Positions 1 to 8,852 are shown, counted from the first letter of the stretch. The stretch is 32,000 nt of DNA from an uncultured Chloroflexia bacterium (GCA_963718915.1 CAVRAI010000003.1:878536-910535); one strand, 5' to 3'. Notes: generated by a model from the letters alone, not told the origin. Translations and numbers: made by a program.

Positions 1-713
1 TGGACGGCGAGGATGGTCAGGTAGTGGCCAAGCGTATCGTGAATCTCGCGCGCCATGCGGTTGCGCTCGCGAGTGACCGCCAGTTCCTCCACCTGAACGG
101 CGTGCGCCTGTAGCTGCTCCTGCGCGGCCTCCAGTTCGGCCACCAGCGCCTCGGCCCGCTCGCGCTGCTCACGTTGTTGGCGCATGAAGAGCGGGAAGGT
201 GAAGGCATAGAGCAATGCGGGCACGAGCGAAAGCTGGTTCTGAAGAATCTCGATGGGCGGGCTTCCAAGCGAAGCTATTAGCAGCAGCAACATCGTACTG
301 AGCGCCAGCACGGCGCTGAATAACAGCGCTGCCCGCGTGGGATAGGCGAGCATGAAGACGGCAATCGTCACCACCGGCAGCAGCCAGTCGAACGCGACTC
401 CCACGAAGATGAGCGCGACCGCCCAGAAGGTTGCCGCCGCCAGCCCAAGCATCAGCAGATGCACCTGAGTCATGGTGAAATTACTGCTATAACTGGTCAG
501 CAGCAGGAAACAGACAAACCAGAGGATGTTGGCGGCGGTGAGGTTGAGAAATCCTGGCAACGTCAGCGGGTGGGTGAGGAGCAGCGTGATAATATAGCCC
601 GCCAGCGCGGTGATATAACCTAGCGAATTGATGAGCGCACCGGGATTCGTGTTGCCCTCGTCGCGCAGCACTTGATTCAGATCAGGCAAATTGCGTATCA
701 CTCGCCGTAGCAT
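1..713 (-). CDS. Sensor histidine kinase (HisKA_3 / NarL-partner type), N-terminal part; continues past the window start
   Basis: Absent from the ORF track because it runs off the edge. My hand translation of the minus strand from the ATG at 711-713 is stop-free to base 1. It reads MLRRVIRNLPDLNQ..., then about 5 hydrophobic helices, a coiled-coil linker (AEALVAELEAAQEQLQAH) and the H-box MAREIHDTLGHYLTILAV at bases 1-56. Confidence 0.8.
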   Translation of the reverse strand, partial: MLRRVIRNLPDLNQVLRDEGNTNPGALINSLGYITALAGYIITLLLTHPLTLPGFLNLTAANILWFVCFLLLTSYSSNFTMTQVHLLMLGLAAATFWAVALIFVGVAFDWLLPVVTIAVFMLAYPTRAALLFSAVLALSTMLLLLIASLGSPPIEILQNQLSLVPALLYAFTFPLFMRQQREQRERAEALVAELEAAQEQLQAHAVQVEELAVTRERNRMAREIHDTLGHYLTILAV

Positions 714-867
714 GCTGACCTCCAGAGCGCGAAGACGCGAAGATGTGATGACGCGCCGCATCGCGCTCTGGCATCATTATAGTCGCCCGCAACCGTGCCG
801 ACATATGCCGCACGTCATGTTGCGCGCGGGCGCGGGCATGCCCTGGGTCACGTTGCTCAGATGCCGC

Positions 868-1386
868 TCAGTTGAGAAATAGCGTCATCATCTCTTCGTC
901 GAAGTAGCGGTCGCCGATCTTGAGCGCGTTACGCTCCAGTCCAAACGGCTCGAAGCCCATGGCGAGGTAGAGGTTCCGCGCGGGAGTATTCGTCACGTTG
1001 ACGGCGAGCAGCAGTTGCTCGATGCCGGATGTTGCGCGTGCGTGCGCGATGGCGGCTGCGAGGAGCATCTTTCCCAGCCCACGGCCGCGTACCTCCGGCG
1101 CAACGTACATGCTGATGATATCCGCCTTATGCTCCGATTTGACACCATCGTTCCGGAAAAGCCGGACCATACCGGCCAGCCTGCCTATGTCGTCGAAGCC
1201 ACCGAAAGCGGTCATGCCGTCGCCCTGGAGCCGCGCAACCGTCTGCTCCAGCGGGCGCGTGTTCTCTTCCTCCCAGGATGAGCCGAACGCCTCTGGCTCC
1301 TCCCGCAACGCGCGCAATCGCAGCGCTCTGAACTCCTCGGCGTCATCCGCCATCAGAATGCGTATCTCCAAAATGCGCGCTCCCAT
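868..1386 (-). CDS. GNAT family N-acetyltransferase
   Basis: 172-aa ORF. It carries the acetyl-CoA-binding motif VAPEVRGRGLGKMLL and a typical GNAT C-terminus (ARNLYLAMGFEPFG). Confidence 0.9.
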   Translation of the reverse strand: MGARILEIRILMADDAEEFRALRLRALREEPEAFGSSWEEENTRPLEQTVARLQGDGMTAFGGFDDIGRLAGMVRLFRNDGVKSEHKADIISMYVAPEVRGRGLGKMLLAAAIAHARATSGIEQLLLAVNVTNTPARNLYLAMGFEPFGLERNALKIGDRYFDEEMMTLFLN

Positions 1387-1476
1387 CGCAACACGATGAA
1401 CGTCCTTCGACTGAATTATCCCGCATCAGTATGCGCCAACCTCAGCCACACTGTCCATGCATGGGCTATTCGCGTG

Positions 1477-2067
1477 CTAGTCCCCAATCAGCGACATGAA
1501 CTCGGCCCGGGTGGCCGCGCCGCGCTGAAAGACGCCGCGCATGGCGCTGGTGACGGTCTGACTACCAGGTTTGCGAATGCCGCGCATCGTCATACAGAGG
1601 TGATTTGCCCGGATCACGATGCCGACGCCAGCGGGTTCGAGCGCCGACATGATAGCGTCGGCAAGCTGGCTGGAGAGGCGTTCCTGAAGTTGGGGGCGGC
1701 GTGCGAGGATTTCGAGGGCGCGGGCCAATTTCGAGAGGCCGACGACACGCCCGTTGGGAATATAGCCGACATGCGCGACGCCATGAAACGGCAGAAAGTG
1801 GTGCTCGCACATACTGTAAAAGGGGATATCCTTGACGATGACCATCTCCTGATGGCCCTCCTCGAAGCCCACGCGGAGCACATCCTCCGGATCCTGGTGC
1901 AGACCGGCAAACACCTCGGCGTACATATCGGCCACCCGGCGCGGCGTCTCGCGCAGCCCCTCGCGCTCGGGGTCTTCGCCGAGCGCCAGAATAATCTCGC
2001 GCACGGCGCGGCGCATGCGGGCTATATCAAACGGTTTTGGCTCAATCTCGCGTTCCGGAACTGCCAT
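1477..2067 (-). CDS. folE: GTP cyclohydrolase I (FolE type I)
   Basis: Hallmark motifs are [20 protein letters not shown] and [12 protein letters not shown]...RPQLQERL. I trimmed the start to the ATG at 2065-2067 ([10 protein letters not shown]...), which is preceded by GGAGATGGAGAAAGAAG. The track ORF extends to 2151. Confidence 0.95.
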   Translation of the reverse strand: MAVPEREIEPKPFDIARMRRAVREIILALGEDPEREGLRETPRRVADMYAEVFAGLHQDPEDVLRVGFEEGHQEMVIVKDIPFYSMCEHHFLPFHGVAHVGYIPNGRVVGLSKLARALEILARRPQLQERLSSQLADAIMSALEPAGVGIVIRANHLCMTMRGIRKPGSQTVTSAMRGVFQRGAATRAEFMSLIGD

Positions 2068-2262
2068 CTTCTTTCTCCATCTCCATCCATGTCTACCCGT
2101 TCGGAATACAGCATCGCTGCATGGGTCTCCGTCAGGCTCTCTTTGCTTCACATTTGATAGTATAGCGCCGGGTTACATCTCATTGCGATGCGGCCCGTGC
2201 GAATGGGTACAACGCGCCTGCCAGTCCGCTCCACAAACCGTGGCCACAATGGCCCAGAGGTA

Positions 2263-2271
2263 TGTTATACT
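2263..2271 (+). promoter_or_regulatory. Candidate extended -10 element (TGTTATACT) upstream of the small zinc-ribbon ORF
   Basis: TGnTATAAT-like match seen by eye about 125 nt upstream of the ATG at 2395. There is no convincing -35. Confidence 0.25.
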
Positions 2272-2394
2272 ATGTACAATTCCGCCGCAGTGTCGCGTAC
2301 GCGGATGCCTGAGCTTCCGGCGATGCACGGTAGCGCGAAGTTGCGCACCGAGGCCTGTATTACCTTGCGCTGTTATGCGAGAGGGAGGCCCGAG

Positions 2395-2625
2395 ATGCGT
2401 TGTGAAGAGTGTGGTCGCGTGATCGATAATGTCGAGATGTGGCGACTCGGCGGCGACCCGAATGCGCCAACGTCGCGTTCGATGCTTCAGATGTGCTGGG
2501 AATGCCGGATGAAGGGCGTGCCGAACCATCGGCAGCAGGCGGAAGGGGCGCCAGTCGCGCTCAGTGAGACGGCAATCGCCGATATCAATGAGGCGGCGCG
2601 CGCGTTCCAGCCAGGCGCGGCATAG
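2395..2625 (+). CDS. Small cysteine-rich (zinc-ribbon-like) protein, 76 aa
   Basis: MRCEECGRV...CWECRM gives CxxC...CxxC. A strong RBS (GAGGGAGG) lies 6 nt upstream of the ATG at 2395, and a terminator hairpin follows. The track ORF starts earlier, at 2188. Confidence 0.5.
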   Translation: MRCEECGRVIDNVEMWRLGGDPNAPTSRSMLQMCWECRMKGVPNHRQQAEGAPVALSETAIADINEAARAFQPGAA

Positions 2626-2667
2626 GTTGTTCGCTCTGTAGCGTGGGTTTGTAGTCACGTGTATGGT

Positions 2668-2701
2668 GAGGCGTCTCTCTTGAGGGACGCCTCCTGTTTT
2701 T
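2668..2701 (+). terminator. Rho-independent terminator candidate
   Basis: Stem GAGGCGTC (2668-2675) pairs with GACGCCTC (2686-2693). It is followed by CTGTTTTT. Confidence 0.6.
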
Positions 2702-2755
2702 CCCCGTAGGAAAGCGCCGCTCAAGAGGTCAACACCAACAGATGGGAACGAGAAA

Positions 2756-3208
2756 GTGATGATACCACCAGATCAGGACTTTGTGGCGCGCGTGCGAAGT
2801 AGCTTTGGCCGGCAACAAGTCATGGCGCTGCTGGGCGCCCAGATGACTGAGGTGCAGGCTGGCATGACGAAGATCGTGCTGCTATTTTGCGAAGCGCTGA
2901 CGCAACAGCATGGATTTGTCCATGCGGGCATCATCACCGCCATTGCCGATTCCGCCTGTGGCTATGCCGCACTGAGCCTGATGCCGCCGGACGTGGGGGT
3001 TCTGACCATCGAGTTTAAGGTCAATCTGCTCAACCCAGCGGCGGGCGAGCGTTTCGTGGCGCGAGGCCAAGTGATGAAGCCAGGGCGCACGATTATGGTC
3101 TGTACAGGCGAAGTGGTCGCCGAGCGCGCGGATGGCGCCCAGCAGACGGTAGCTCTGATACAGGCGACGATGATGGTCGTGCGTGACCGCCCTGCCGTCT
3201 CCGATTAG
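2756..3208 (+). CDS. PaaI-family hotdog-fold thioesterase
   Basis: 150 aa. GFVHAGIITAIADSACGYAA and the TIEFKVNLL...G pattern are typical of the 4HBT/PaaI family. Confidence 0.85.
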   Translation: MMIPPDQDFVARVRSSFGRQQVMALLGAQMTEVQAGMTKIVLLFCEALTQQHGFVHAGIITAIADSACGYAALSLMPPDVGVLTIEFKVNLLNPAAGERFVARGQVMKPGRTIMVCTGEVVAERADGAQQTVALIQATMMVVRDRPAVSD

Positions 3209-3239
3209 AGCGCTATTTAAGGCGACGGTGAGAATGATG

Positions 3240-4037
3240 TTACTCCGCCGCGATGCCGCCATCCACGAGGAAAAGCTGACCCGTGGCGAAGCTGGAGGCG
3301 TCGGAGGCGAGGTAGAGCGCGATCCCGGCGATTTCGTGTGGCTGGCCGGGACGGCCCAGCGGCGTCGCCTGCCGGATCGCGTTGCCAAAGTAGGGATGCT
3401 CCAGCACCCCGGCGGTCATGTCGGTGGCGATGTAGCCAGGGGCGATGGCGTTGACGCGGATATGGTGTCTGGCCCATTCGAGCGCGAAGGTGCGGGTGAG
3501 CTGCGCGATGGCGGCCTTGCTCGCGCCGTAGACCGCCATCCGTGGCGTCCCTACCACCGACGCGACCGACGCCAGCGTGATAATCGAGCCGCCGCCCTGC
3601 TCGGCCATCCGTGCGGCGACGTTGGCGCAGAGGAAGAAGGTGGCCTTCACATTGGTCGTCATGATGGCATCCCACTCGTCCTCGGTGACCTCCGTGCTGC
3701 GCTTCCAGATCGGGCTGATCCCCGCGTTGCTCACCAGCACATCGAGCTTGCCAAACGCCTCGTAGACCTGATCGACCGCCTGCCCCAGCTCATCCAGCTT
3801 CGTCAGGTCGGCGGTGACGGTGACCGCCTGCCGTCCCCGCGCGCGTACCTCATCCGCCACCTGCTCCAGCTGATCCGCCGAGCGCGAGACGAGCGCCACA
3901 TCCGCGCCCGCATCGGCCAGCGCCAGGGCGATGACGCGCCCCAGCCCACGGCTCGCGCCCGTCACCAGCGCATGTCGCCCGGCAAGCGAAAACTGGTCGA
4001 AGACACTCGGTGTCTTGGCGGATGTCTCCTCAGACAT
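3240..4037 (-). CDS. SDR-family oxidoreductase (FabG / gluconate 5-dehydrogenase-like)
   Basis: 265 aa. It has the TGASRGLG Rossmann motif, NAGI, and the catalytic YGASKAA. Confidence 0.9.
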   Translation of the reverse strand: MSEETSAKTPSVFDQFSLAGRHALVTGASRGLGRVIALALADAGADVALVSRSADQLEQVADEVRARGRQAVTVTADLTKLDELGQAVDQVYEAFGKLDVLVSNAGISPIWKRSTEVTEDEWDAIMTTNVKATFFLCANVAARMAEQGGGSIITLASVASVVGTPRMAVYGASKAAIAQLTRTFALEWARHHIRVNAIAPGYIATDMTAGVLEHPYFGNAIRQATPLGRPGQPHEIAGIALYLASDASSFATGQLFLVDGGIAAE

Positions 4038-4081
4038 GGCTGATGCCTCCCTGTGGCTCTTGTCCCTGGCGAGCCGAAAGT

Positions 4082-5245
4082 TTACCCGGCGATGCTGCGC
4101 ACATGCTCCGGGTTGCGGGCGGTCATGATCTCGTAGCCATCGGCGGTGACGAGCACCATATCCTCCAGCCGGACGCCGCCCCAGCCGGGAATGTAGATGC
4201 CTGGCTCGTTGCTGATGACGCTGTCCGGCTCCAGTTGCTCGATCTTGGCCATCTCGGCGTCGGACTCCGGCGTCTGCACGCGCAGCTTCGCGGTGACGGG
4301 CAGCTCGTGAATCGCCAGCCCGATGCCATGGCCCAGGCTGTGGAAGTATTGCTCGCCGTAGCCCGCGTCTTCGATGACCTTGCGCGCCGCCGCATCCACA
4401 TCACGCCCTTTACGCACGCCATCGGCCAGCGCCTTGAAGCCCGCGTCCTGCGCCTCACGGACGATGGCATAGAGCTCGACCAGCTTCGCATCAGGCTCGC
4501 CGATGCAGAAGGTGCGGGTGGTGTCGGAGCAGTAGCCGTCCACGCGGCAGCCGAAGTCGATGAGCAGCGGCTCGCCCGGGCGCACCGGTCGGTCGGTGGG
4601 GACGGCGTGAGGCTGCGCGCCGCCGGGTCCGCAGGCGACGATGGTGGAGAAGCTGGTACCGCTGGCGCCCAGTTCGACCATATGCTGCTCCAGCAGGGTG
4701 GCAATCTCGCGCTCGGTCATGCCCACCTTGATCTCGGTCAGCAGTTGCTCGAATGCCTGATCGGCGACATCGGCGGCGCGGCGCATCGTGGCGATTTCCG
4801 CCGCGTCCTTGACCGCGCGCACTAGTTCGACCAGACTATCTGAGGGGATCAACTCGGCGTCCGCGCCAATCTCATTGCGCAGGCGGCTATAGCGGTCGTA
4901 GGATATCCACGACTTCTCGAATCCGAGCCGCTTTGTCCCGTCCGCTTTGATCGCCTCCGCGACCACGCTCCACGGCAGCGCCTTATCGGTGGAGAGCACC
5001 TGCACGCCGCTCGGCACGATCTCATCCTCGACGCCGCTCAACTGAAACGTGCCCGCCACCAGGCCAAAGGTGTTCGGCGTCACCAGCACCCAGCCCGACG
5101 ACTCGGTGATGTCACCATCGTGGGCGGTGAAGCCCGTCAGATAGCGCCGATTATACTGGCTCGTGATGAGTAGGCCATCCAGCCCGGCCCGCGCAATCGC
5201 CGCGCGCGTCCGCGCCAGTCGCTGTCCGTAGTCTGCCTCTGCCAT
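4082..5245 (-). CDS. M24-family Xaa-Pro aminopeptidase
   Basis: Creatinase-like N-domain plus metal-ligand motifs (DFGCRVDGYCSDTTRT, HSLGHGIGLAIHE, SNEPGIY, GVRLEDMV). I trimmed the start to the ATG at 5243-5245 (MAEADYGQ...), which has GGAGAGG upstream. Confidence 0.9.
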   Translation of the reverse strand: MAEADYGQRLARTRAAIARAGLDGLLITSQYNRRYLTGFTAHDGDITESSGWVLVTPNTFGLVAGTFQLSGVEDEIVPSGVQVLSTDKALPWSVVAEAIKADGTKRLGFEKSWISYDRYSRLRNEIGADAELIPSDSLVELVRAVKDAAEIATMRRAADVADQAFEQLLTEIKVGMTEREIATLLEQHMVELGASGTSFSTIVACGPGGAQPHAVPTDRPVRPGEPLLIDFGCRVDGYCSDTTRTFCIGEPDAKLVELYAIVREAQDAGFKALADGVRKGRDVDAAARKVIEDAGYGEQYFHSLGHGIGLAIHELPVTAKLRVQTPESDAEMAKIEQLEPDSVISNEPGIYIPGWGGVRLEDMVLVTADGYEIMTARNPEHVRSIAG

Positions 5246-5403
5246 GGGATATGTTGTCCTCTCCAAACTCTGGGATTTTCTGGATTCGTCCCGCGAACGC
5301 CCGCTGGGAACCTGCTGTTCAGTATGATAGCAGTATGACATGCATCTGCCACAGTGCGCCAGCCATCACTGCTGAACCGCCGTCCTGTGAGGCGCAGCAG
5401 CGA

Positions 5404-5841
5404 CTATTCCGGTTGGTGGCCCGCAACCAGCGTGCGGTAGCGCAGGACGAGGAAGATGATGAACGCGAACCCACACACCATATTGAGATAGCCAATCGCA
5501 AAGACCGTGAAGAGCAGCGGATCGCGATTTTGCAGGTGGAAGAACGGCGCGAAGCCATGCGCCACCTGATTGGCCATATTGAGGAAATAGAAGACGAACT
5601 CGGCCAGCAAGAAGGTGAGCAGGAGCCAGTAGCCCGCCCGGCTGCCACGCCGCGCCAGCAACGTCCACCCAAGCAGAAACCAGGCGAACGTCGCCACGAG
5701 CAGCGATGTGCCAAAGAGCGGCGGTAGCGCATGGTGCGGCAGATAGTAGAGATAGAGATAATAGGGGATTTGCGCCAGATAGTTTGCCCCAACGACCGCG
5801 AGAATGGCGTACATCACGGCCTTGTTCGCCGGAATCTTCAT
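5404..5841 (-). CDS. Hypothetical integral membrane protein (about 4 TM)
   Basis: The ORF has four long hydrophobic segments. I chose the start MKIPANK at 5839-5841, which has a GGAGAG upstream. No family recognised. Confidence 0.6.
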   Translation of the reverse strand: MKIPANKAVMYAILAVVGANYLAQIPYYLYLYYLPHHALPPLFGTSLLVATFAWFLLGWTLLARRGSRAGYWLLLTFLLAEFVFYFLNMANQVAHGFAPFFHLQNRDPLLFTVFAIGYLNMVCGFAFIIFLVLRYRTLVAGHQPE

Positions 5842-6072
5842 GCTACTCTCCATGCGCCAGACAAAGCATCGGATCAACGTTATAAACAAGCCGCCAGTTA
5901 ACGTCCTCGCTTGTGTTCTTCTGGCCGACGTGCCACCACATTGCCATTGTACGTCACAGGCAGCCGAAACGTTGCTCGGTTCGTCGCATGATTGTCACAT
6001 GACTGTCGCGAATATGTCGCAGGGAATGTCAGGCATATGCGATTTGGTCTCGATTCTTGCCGCAAGTCGGCT

Positions 6073-6336
6073 TTAATGTCGTACCAGCACCTGTGATGGC
6101 TCAATAATAACGAGCGTGTTCTGCAAGGATTGGCCAACCAAACCTCGGAGTGCAGCCAGGATACGCTGCATCTTATTCTCACGCGACCAGTGCTGAGGCA
6201 GTTCGATCAGGATAACGCTGGGATGTGGCAGTGGGAACTGGCTGGTGTCGCGTTCAAGATCATGATCCTGCGTGATGAGCGTGGCGTTTGCAGTTCGAGC
6301 ATATGCGAAAATGTCGGCATCTGGACGTGTCCGCAA
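6073..6336 (-). CDS. DUF5615-like (PIN-like / Mut7-C-like) putative toxin; lacks a normal N-terminus
   Basis: ...DADIFAYARTANATLITQDHDL...SVILIEL... resembles DUF5615 proteins that pair with DUF433. The only start available is the TTG at 6334-6336. Homologous-looking sequence continues upstream to the antitoxin stop codon. Confidence 0.55.
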   Translation of the reverse strand: MRTRPDADIFAYARTANATLITQDHDLERDTSQFPLPHPSVILIELPQHWSRENKMQRILAALRGLVGQSLQNTLVIIEPSQVLVRH

Positions 6337-6390
6337 TCCGACATCATAGGCATGTTCGGCATCATAGCCTTCACCTGTGACGCTGAACTG

Positions 6391-6621
6391 CTAGTTGGCA
6401 GCATATACAGTGGTGGAGCTGAGCATCTGCGCTGCGTAGCCAAGGGCAGCGCGAATCTGCTCATCCGTCAGGTGATAGTCCTGTCTGATGTCCTCAAAGG
6501 AGGAGCCGCCCGCCAGTTCACCAACCACCACTTCGACAGGCACGCGCGTCTCAGCAATCACTGGACGTCCGTGGATGACCTGTGGATCAACGGTAATCCC
6601 AGGAAATATCTCTTTTGCCAT
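6391..6621 (-). CDS. DUF433-domain protein (putative antitoxin)
   Basis: ITVDPQVIHGRPVIAETRVPVEVVVGELAGG...DYHLTDEQIRAALGYAA is the classic DUF433 pattern. The RBS GAGGAGAAG lies upstream. Confidence 0.8.
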   Translation of the reverse strand: MAKEIFPGITVDPQVIHGRPVIAETRVPVEVVVGELAGGSSFEDIRQDYHLTDEQIRAALGYAAQMLSSTTVYAAN

Positions 6622-6653
6622 CTGCTTCTCCTCGCCAACTGATGGAGGCGCCT

Positions 6654-6669
6654 ATACGTGCTGACGTAT
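6654..6669. promoter_or_regulatory. 16-bp palindrome ATACGTgctgACGTAT upstream of the DUF433 gene (operator candidate)
   Basis: Perfect 6-bp arms with a 4-bp spacer, 33-48 nt upstream of the DUF433 start. It directly abuts repeat copy A. Confidence 0.3.
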
Positions 6670-6673
6670 TGAC

Positions 6674-6782
6674 ATTCTACCTCACGCGGCCAGCGGTACG
6701 TATTCGCGGTCACAGAGCCTTAGCCCTGCTCATCCCGGAGGCGCACGATGTGGATATCGGCGCAGAGTGGCGCGCGCAGCAG
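6674..6782. repeat. 109-bp direct repeat, copy A (orphan copy of the kdpD-N 3' end plus 46 bp)
   Basis: My gap-free hand alignment to 7565-7673 has 4 mismatches. The minus strand still reads LLRAPLCADIHIVRLRDEQG*. Confidence 0.9.
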
Positions 6783-6801
6783 CCTGATTCCTAGACAAGC
6801 G

Positions 6802-7245
6802 CTAATGAGAAAGGTAGTTGCTAATCTCGCCCGGCTCTATCGCGCGAATCGGCGACATCGCGAATCCAGCGACGTCGCGCGTGACGATGAGTTGAAGCCC
6901 CACTGTTTGAGCGCATGCCATCTGTACATCATCTTCAAAGTCGGGGCCTGATAGCGCACGCGCCGCGAGTAGCACCTCGCGCGTGACGGCAACGATACCG
7001 AATTCTCGCAGGCATGCATCCACGCCTGCCAGAGCATCCGCGCCACCAACAATGCGGCGTCCGATATAGAAAATATCTGTTAGCGTTGAGGCGGCCAGAT
7101 AGGCTACGAGAAGGCCAGTCGTACGCGCTTGCCAGAGATCCGCGGCCTGATCGAACCAGGGCTGGCGTTGGAGAATCCGATCCAGGACAACATTTGTATC
7201 TAACAACACACGAAGCGGCTCGGAGGTTGGCCGATCAGCCACCAT
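6802..7245 (-). CDS. PIN-domain ribonuclease toxin (VapC-like)
   Basis: LRVLLDTNVVLD, FEDDVQ and IVTRDVAGF supply the PIN acidic residues. The ATG at 7243-7245 overlaps the upstream ORF by 11 nt. Confidence 0.85.
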   Translation of the reverse strand: MVADRPTSEPLRVLLDTNVVLDRILQRQPWFDQAADLWQARTTGLLVAYLAASTLTDIFYIGRRIVGGADALAGVDACLREFGIVAVTREVLLAARALSGPDFEDDVQMACAQTVGLQLIVTRDVAGFAMSPIRAIEPGEISNYLSH

Positions 7246-7495
7246 ATTTCTCCATCTTGTGCTCATCGAGCCACCGCGCCACAGTCGCGTCATCGGGAGG
7301 AGTCTGCTCTTCCCTGGCGAATATGCCTGTCAGGCGATAGGTATCAGGCTCTGCCAGCGGCTCAGCTCGCGCGCTGGGTTGAGTGGTCGCTATGGCATGG
7401 CGCAAGATTGCCTCAGCCAGCGCCAACTGCTCATCACGCTGCCAGGTTGCGACGATTTGCAAGATGGTATCTCGGTCAAACGTCGGTATAGCCAT
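7235..7495 (-). CDS. Putative antitoxin partner of the PIN toxin
   Basis: 86-aa ORF immediately upstream of the PIN gene, with an 11-nt overlap that suggests translational coupling. No family recognised. Confidence 0.6.
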   Translation of the reverse strand: MAIPTFDRDTILQIVATWQRDEQLALAEAILRHAIATTQPSARAEPLAEPDTYRLTGIFAREEQTPPDDATVARWLDEHKMEKYGG

Positions 7496-7534
7496 ATCTG
7501 AACTCGCTTACTCCAATGACATCAATGCTGGAAT

Positions 7535-7563
7535 CAGGCATCTGCGCTGTATACCCATGCCTG
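7535..7563. promoter_or_regulatory. Inverted repeat CAGGCAT-N15-ATGCCTG upstream of the PIN-module antitoxin gene
   Basis: 7-bp perfect arms. It lies between repeat copy B and the antitoxin start. It could be an operator, or a hairpin ending the kdp transcript. Confidence 0.3.
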
Positions 7564-7564
7564 T

Positions 7565-7673
7565 ATTCTATCTCACACGGCCAGCGGTATGTATTCGCGG
7601 TCACAGAGCCTTAGCCTTGCTCATCCCGGAGGCGCACGATGTGGATATCGGCGCAGAGTGGCGCGCGCAGCAG
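7565..7673. repeat. 109-bp direct repeat, copy B (true 3' end of kdpD-N plus 46 bp downstream)
   Basis: See copy A. The track ORFs at 6748 and 7639 share the prefix MWISAQSGARS, which independently shows the duplication. Confidence 0.9.
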
Positions 7674-8843
7674 GCGCTGGGCGACCGAGGGACGCAGCAA
7701 CTCCTGCCACCAGCGACGCGGGGCGGGCTGCCCAATGACGATTTGCGTCACATGCCGCTCGCGGGCAAGCGAGACCAGCGCCGACGCCACATCCGCGCCC
7801 TCGATACAAAGCGCCTCGGCGCCCAAATCTTCCGCCAGGCGACGCGCCTCCGCCAGGGTGGCATCCTGGTCGCAGATCGCCAGATGGCCTGGCGGCACAA
7901 CCGCTACCGCGAGCAACTGCGCCTTCAGGCCGCGCGCCAACCGCCAACCGCTACGCATGAGCCAGCGCGCATTGGGCTGCTTGTGGAAGGCAACCATCAC
8001 CAGCGCGCCGGGTGTCGTTCGCGTCATGCCATGATCGCGTTCATCCTGCTCCTCCATGAGCATTTCCAGCTGCGTCTCGGTCTTTTCGGCGACACGGCGG
8101 AGCGCCAGATCGCGCAGGGCAGTGAGGTTACCCTGCGAAAAGTAGTTCGCCAGCGCGCGCTCGGCCCGCTCCGGGGGATAGACATTGCCATGACGCAACC
8201 GCGAACGTAGCGCATCGGGCGCGATGTCCACCAGTTCCACCTCGTCGGCCTCATCCAGCACGCGGTCGGGCACTGTCTCACGCTGGCGCACGCCGGTTAT
8301 CGCCTCGACGAGATCGTTCAACCCTTCAAGATGCTGAATATTGAGGGTGGAGATGACCGTGACGCCTGCCGCCAGCAATTCCTCGACATCCTGGTAGCGT
8401 TTGGCGTTGCGCGAGCCAGGCGCGTTACTATGCGCCAGTTCATCCACCAGCGCCACCTGGGGATGGCGTCGCAGCAGCGCATCGAGGTCCATCTCTTCGA
8501 GGGTGACGCCGCGATAGGTTACTGGCCGACGCGGGATGATCTCCAGGTCGCCAATCTGCGCCGCTGTCAGGGGGCGATGGTGCGGCTCGACGTAGCCGAT
8601 GATGACATCCGTTCCTCGCGACTTGCGCCGCTGCCCTTCGTTGAGCATCGCGTAGGTTTTGCCAACGCCAGCGGCCATGCCGAGGTATATCCGCAGCTTG
8701 CCCCGGTGCGCCTGACCAGACGGATGCTCCTCCGCTGTGGCAGCCGCGGTCGCGCCATAGGTCGCATCGCGCAACTGATAGCGATCCAGCAGTTCATCGG
8801 CGCTGGGCCGCGCGCTTTCGGGCAGGCGTTCATCCGTGGACAC
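7611..8843 (-). CDS. kdpD: KdpD N-terminal sensor domain + Usp domain protein (stand-alone N-terminal half of KdpD)
   Basis: It has a Walker-A-like GMAAGVGKTYAML, then VDELAHSN...STLNIQHLE...VPD, which matches the KdpD N-domain. The C-terminus is Usp-like. There is no TM or kinase region. GTG start with AGGTGA upstream. Confidence 0.9.
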   Translation of the reverse strand: MSTDERLPESARPSADELLDRYQLRDATYGATAAATAEEHPSGQAHRGKLRIYLGMAAGVGKTYAMLNEGQRRKSRGTDVIIGYVEPHHRPLTAAQIGDLEIIPRRPVTYRGVTLEEMDLDALLRRHPQVALVDELAHSNAPGSRNAKRYQDVEELLAAGVTVISTLNIQHLEGLNDLVEAITGVRQRETVPDRVLDEADEVELVDIAPDALRSRLRHGNVYPPERAERALANYFSQGNLTALRDLALRRVAEKTETQLEMLMEEQDERDHGMTRTTPGALVMVAFHKQPNARWLMRSGWRLARGLKAQLLAVAVVPPGHLAICDQDATLAEARRLAEDLGAEALCIEGADVASALVSLARERHVTQIVIGQPAPRRWWQELLRPSVAQRLLRAPLCADIHIVRLRDEQG

Positions 8844-8852
8844 GATGGTTCG

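Noticed and set aside
2068-2394. Possible riboswitch (THF, preQ1 or ZTP type) in the 330-bp region upstream of folE
   Set aside because: I could not find the conserved cores or convincing nested helices of any riboswitch class I can recall. Only a TATACT -10-like hexamer and short 4-bp stems are visible. A covariance-model scan (Rfam/Infernal) would be needed.
3183-4825. Long plus-strand ORFs (3183-4043 and 4010-4825) opposite the SDR and M24 peptidase genes
   Set aside because: Same high-GC antisense artefact. They show no motifs, and the minus-strand genes have clear family signatures. The same reasoning applies to 7383-8210, 8931-9866, 12263-13009, 13052-13771, 15223-15927, 29082-29987 and 30045-30734.
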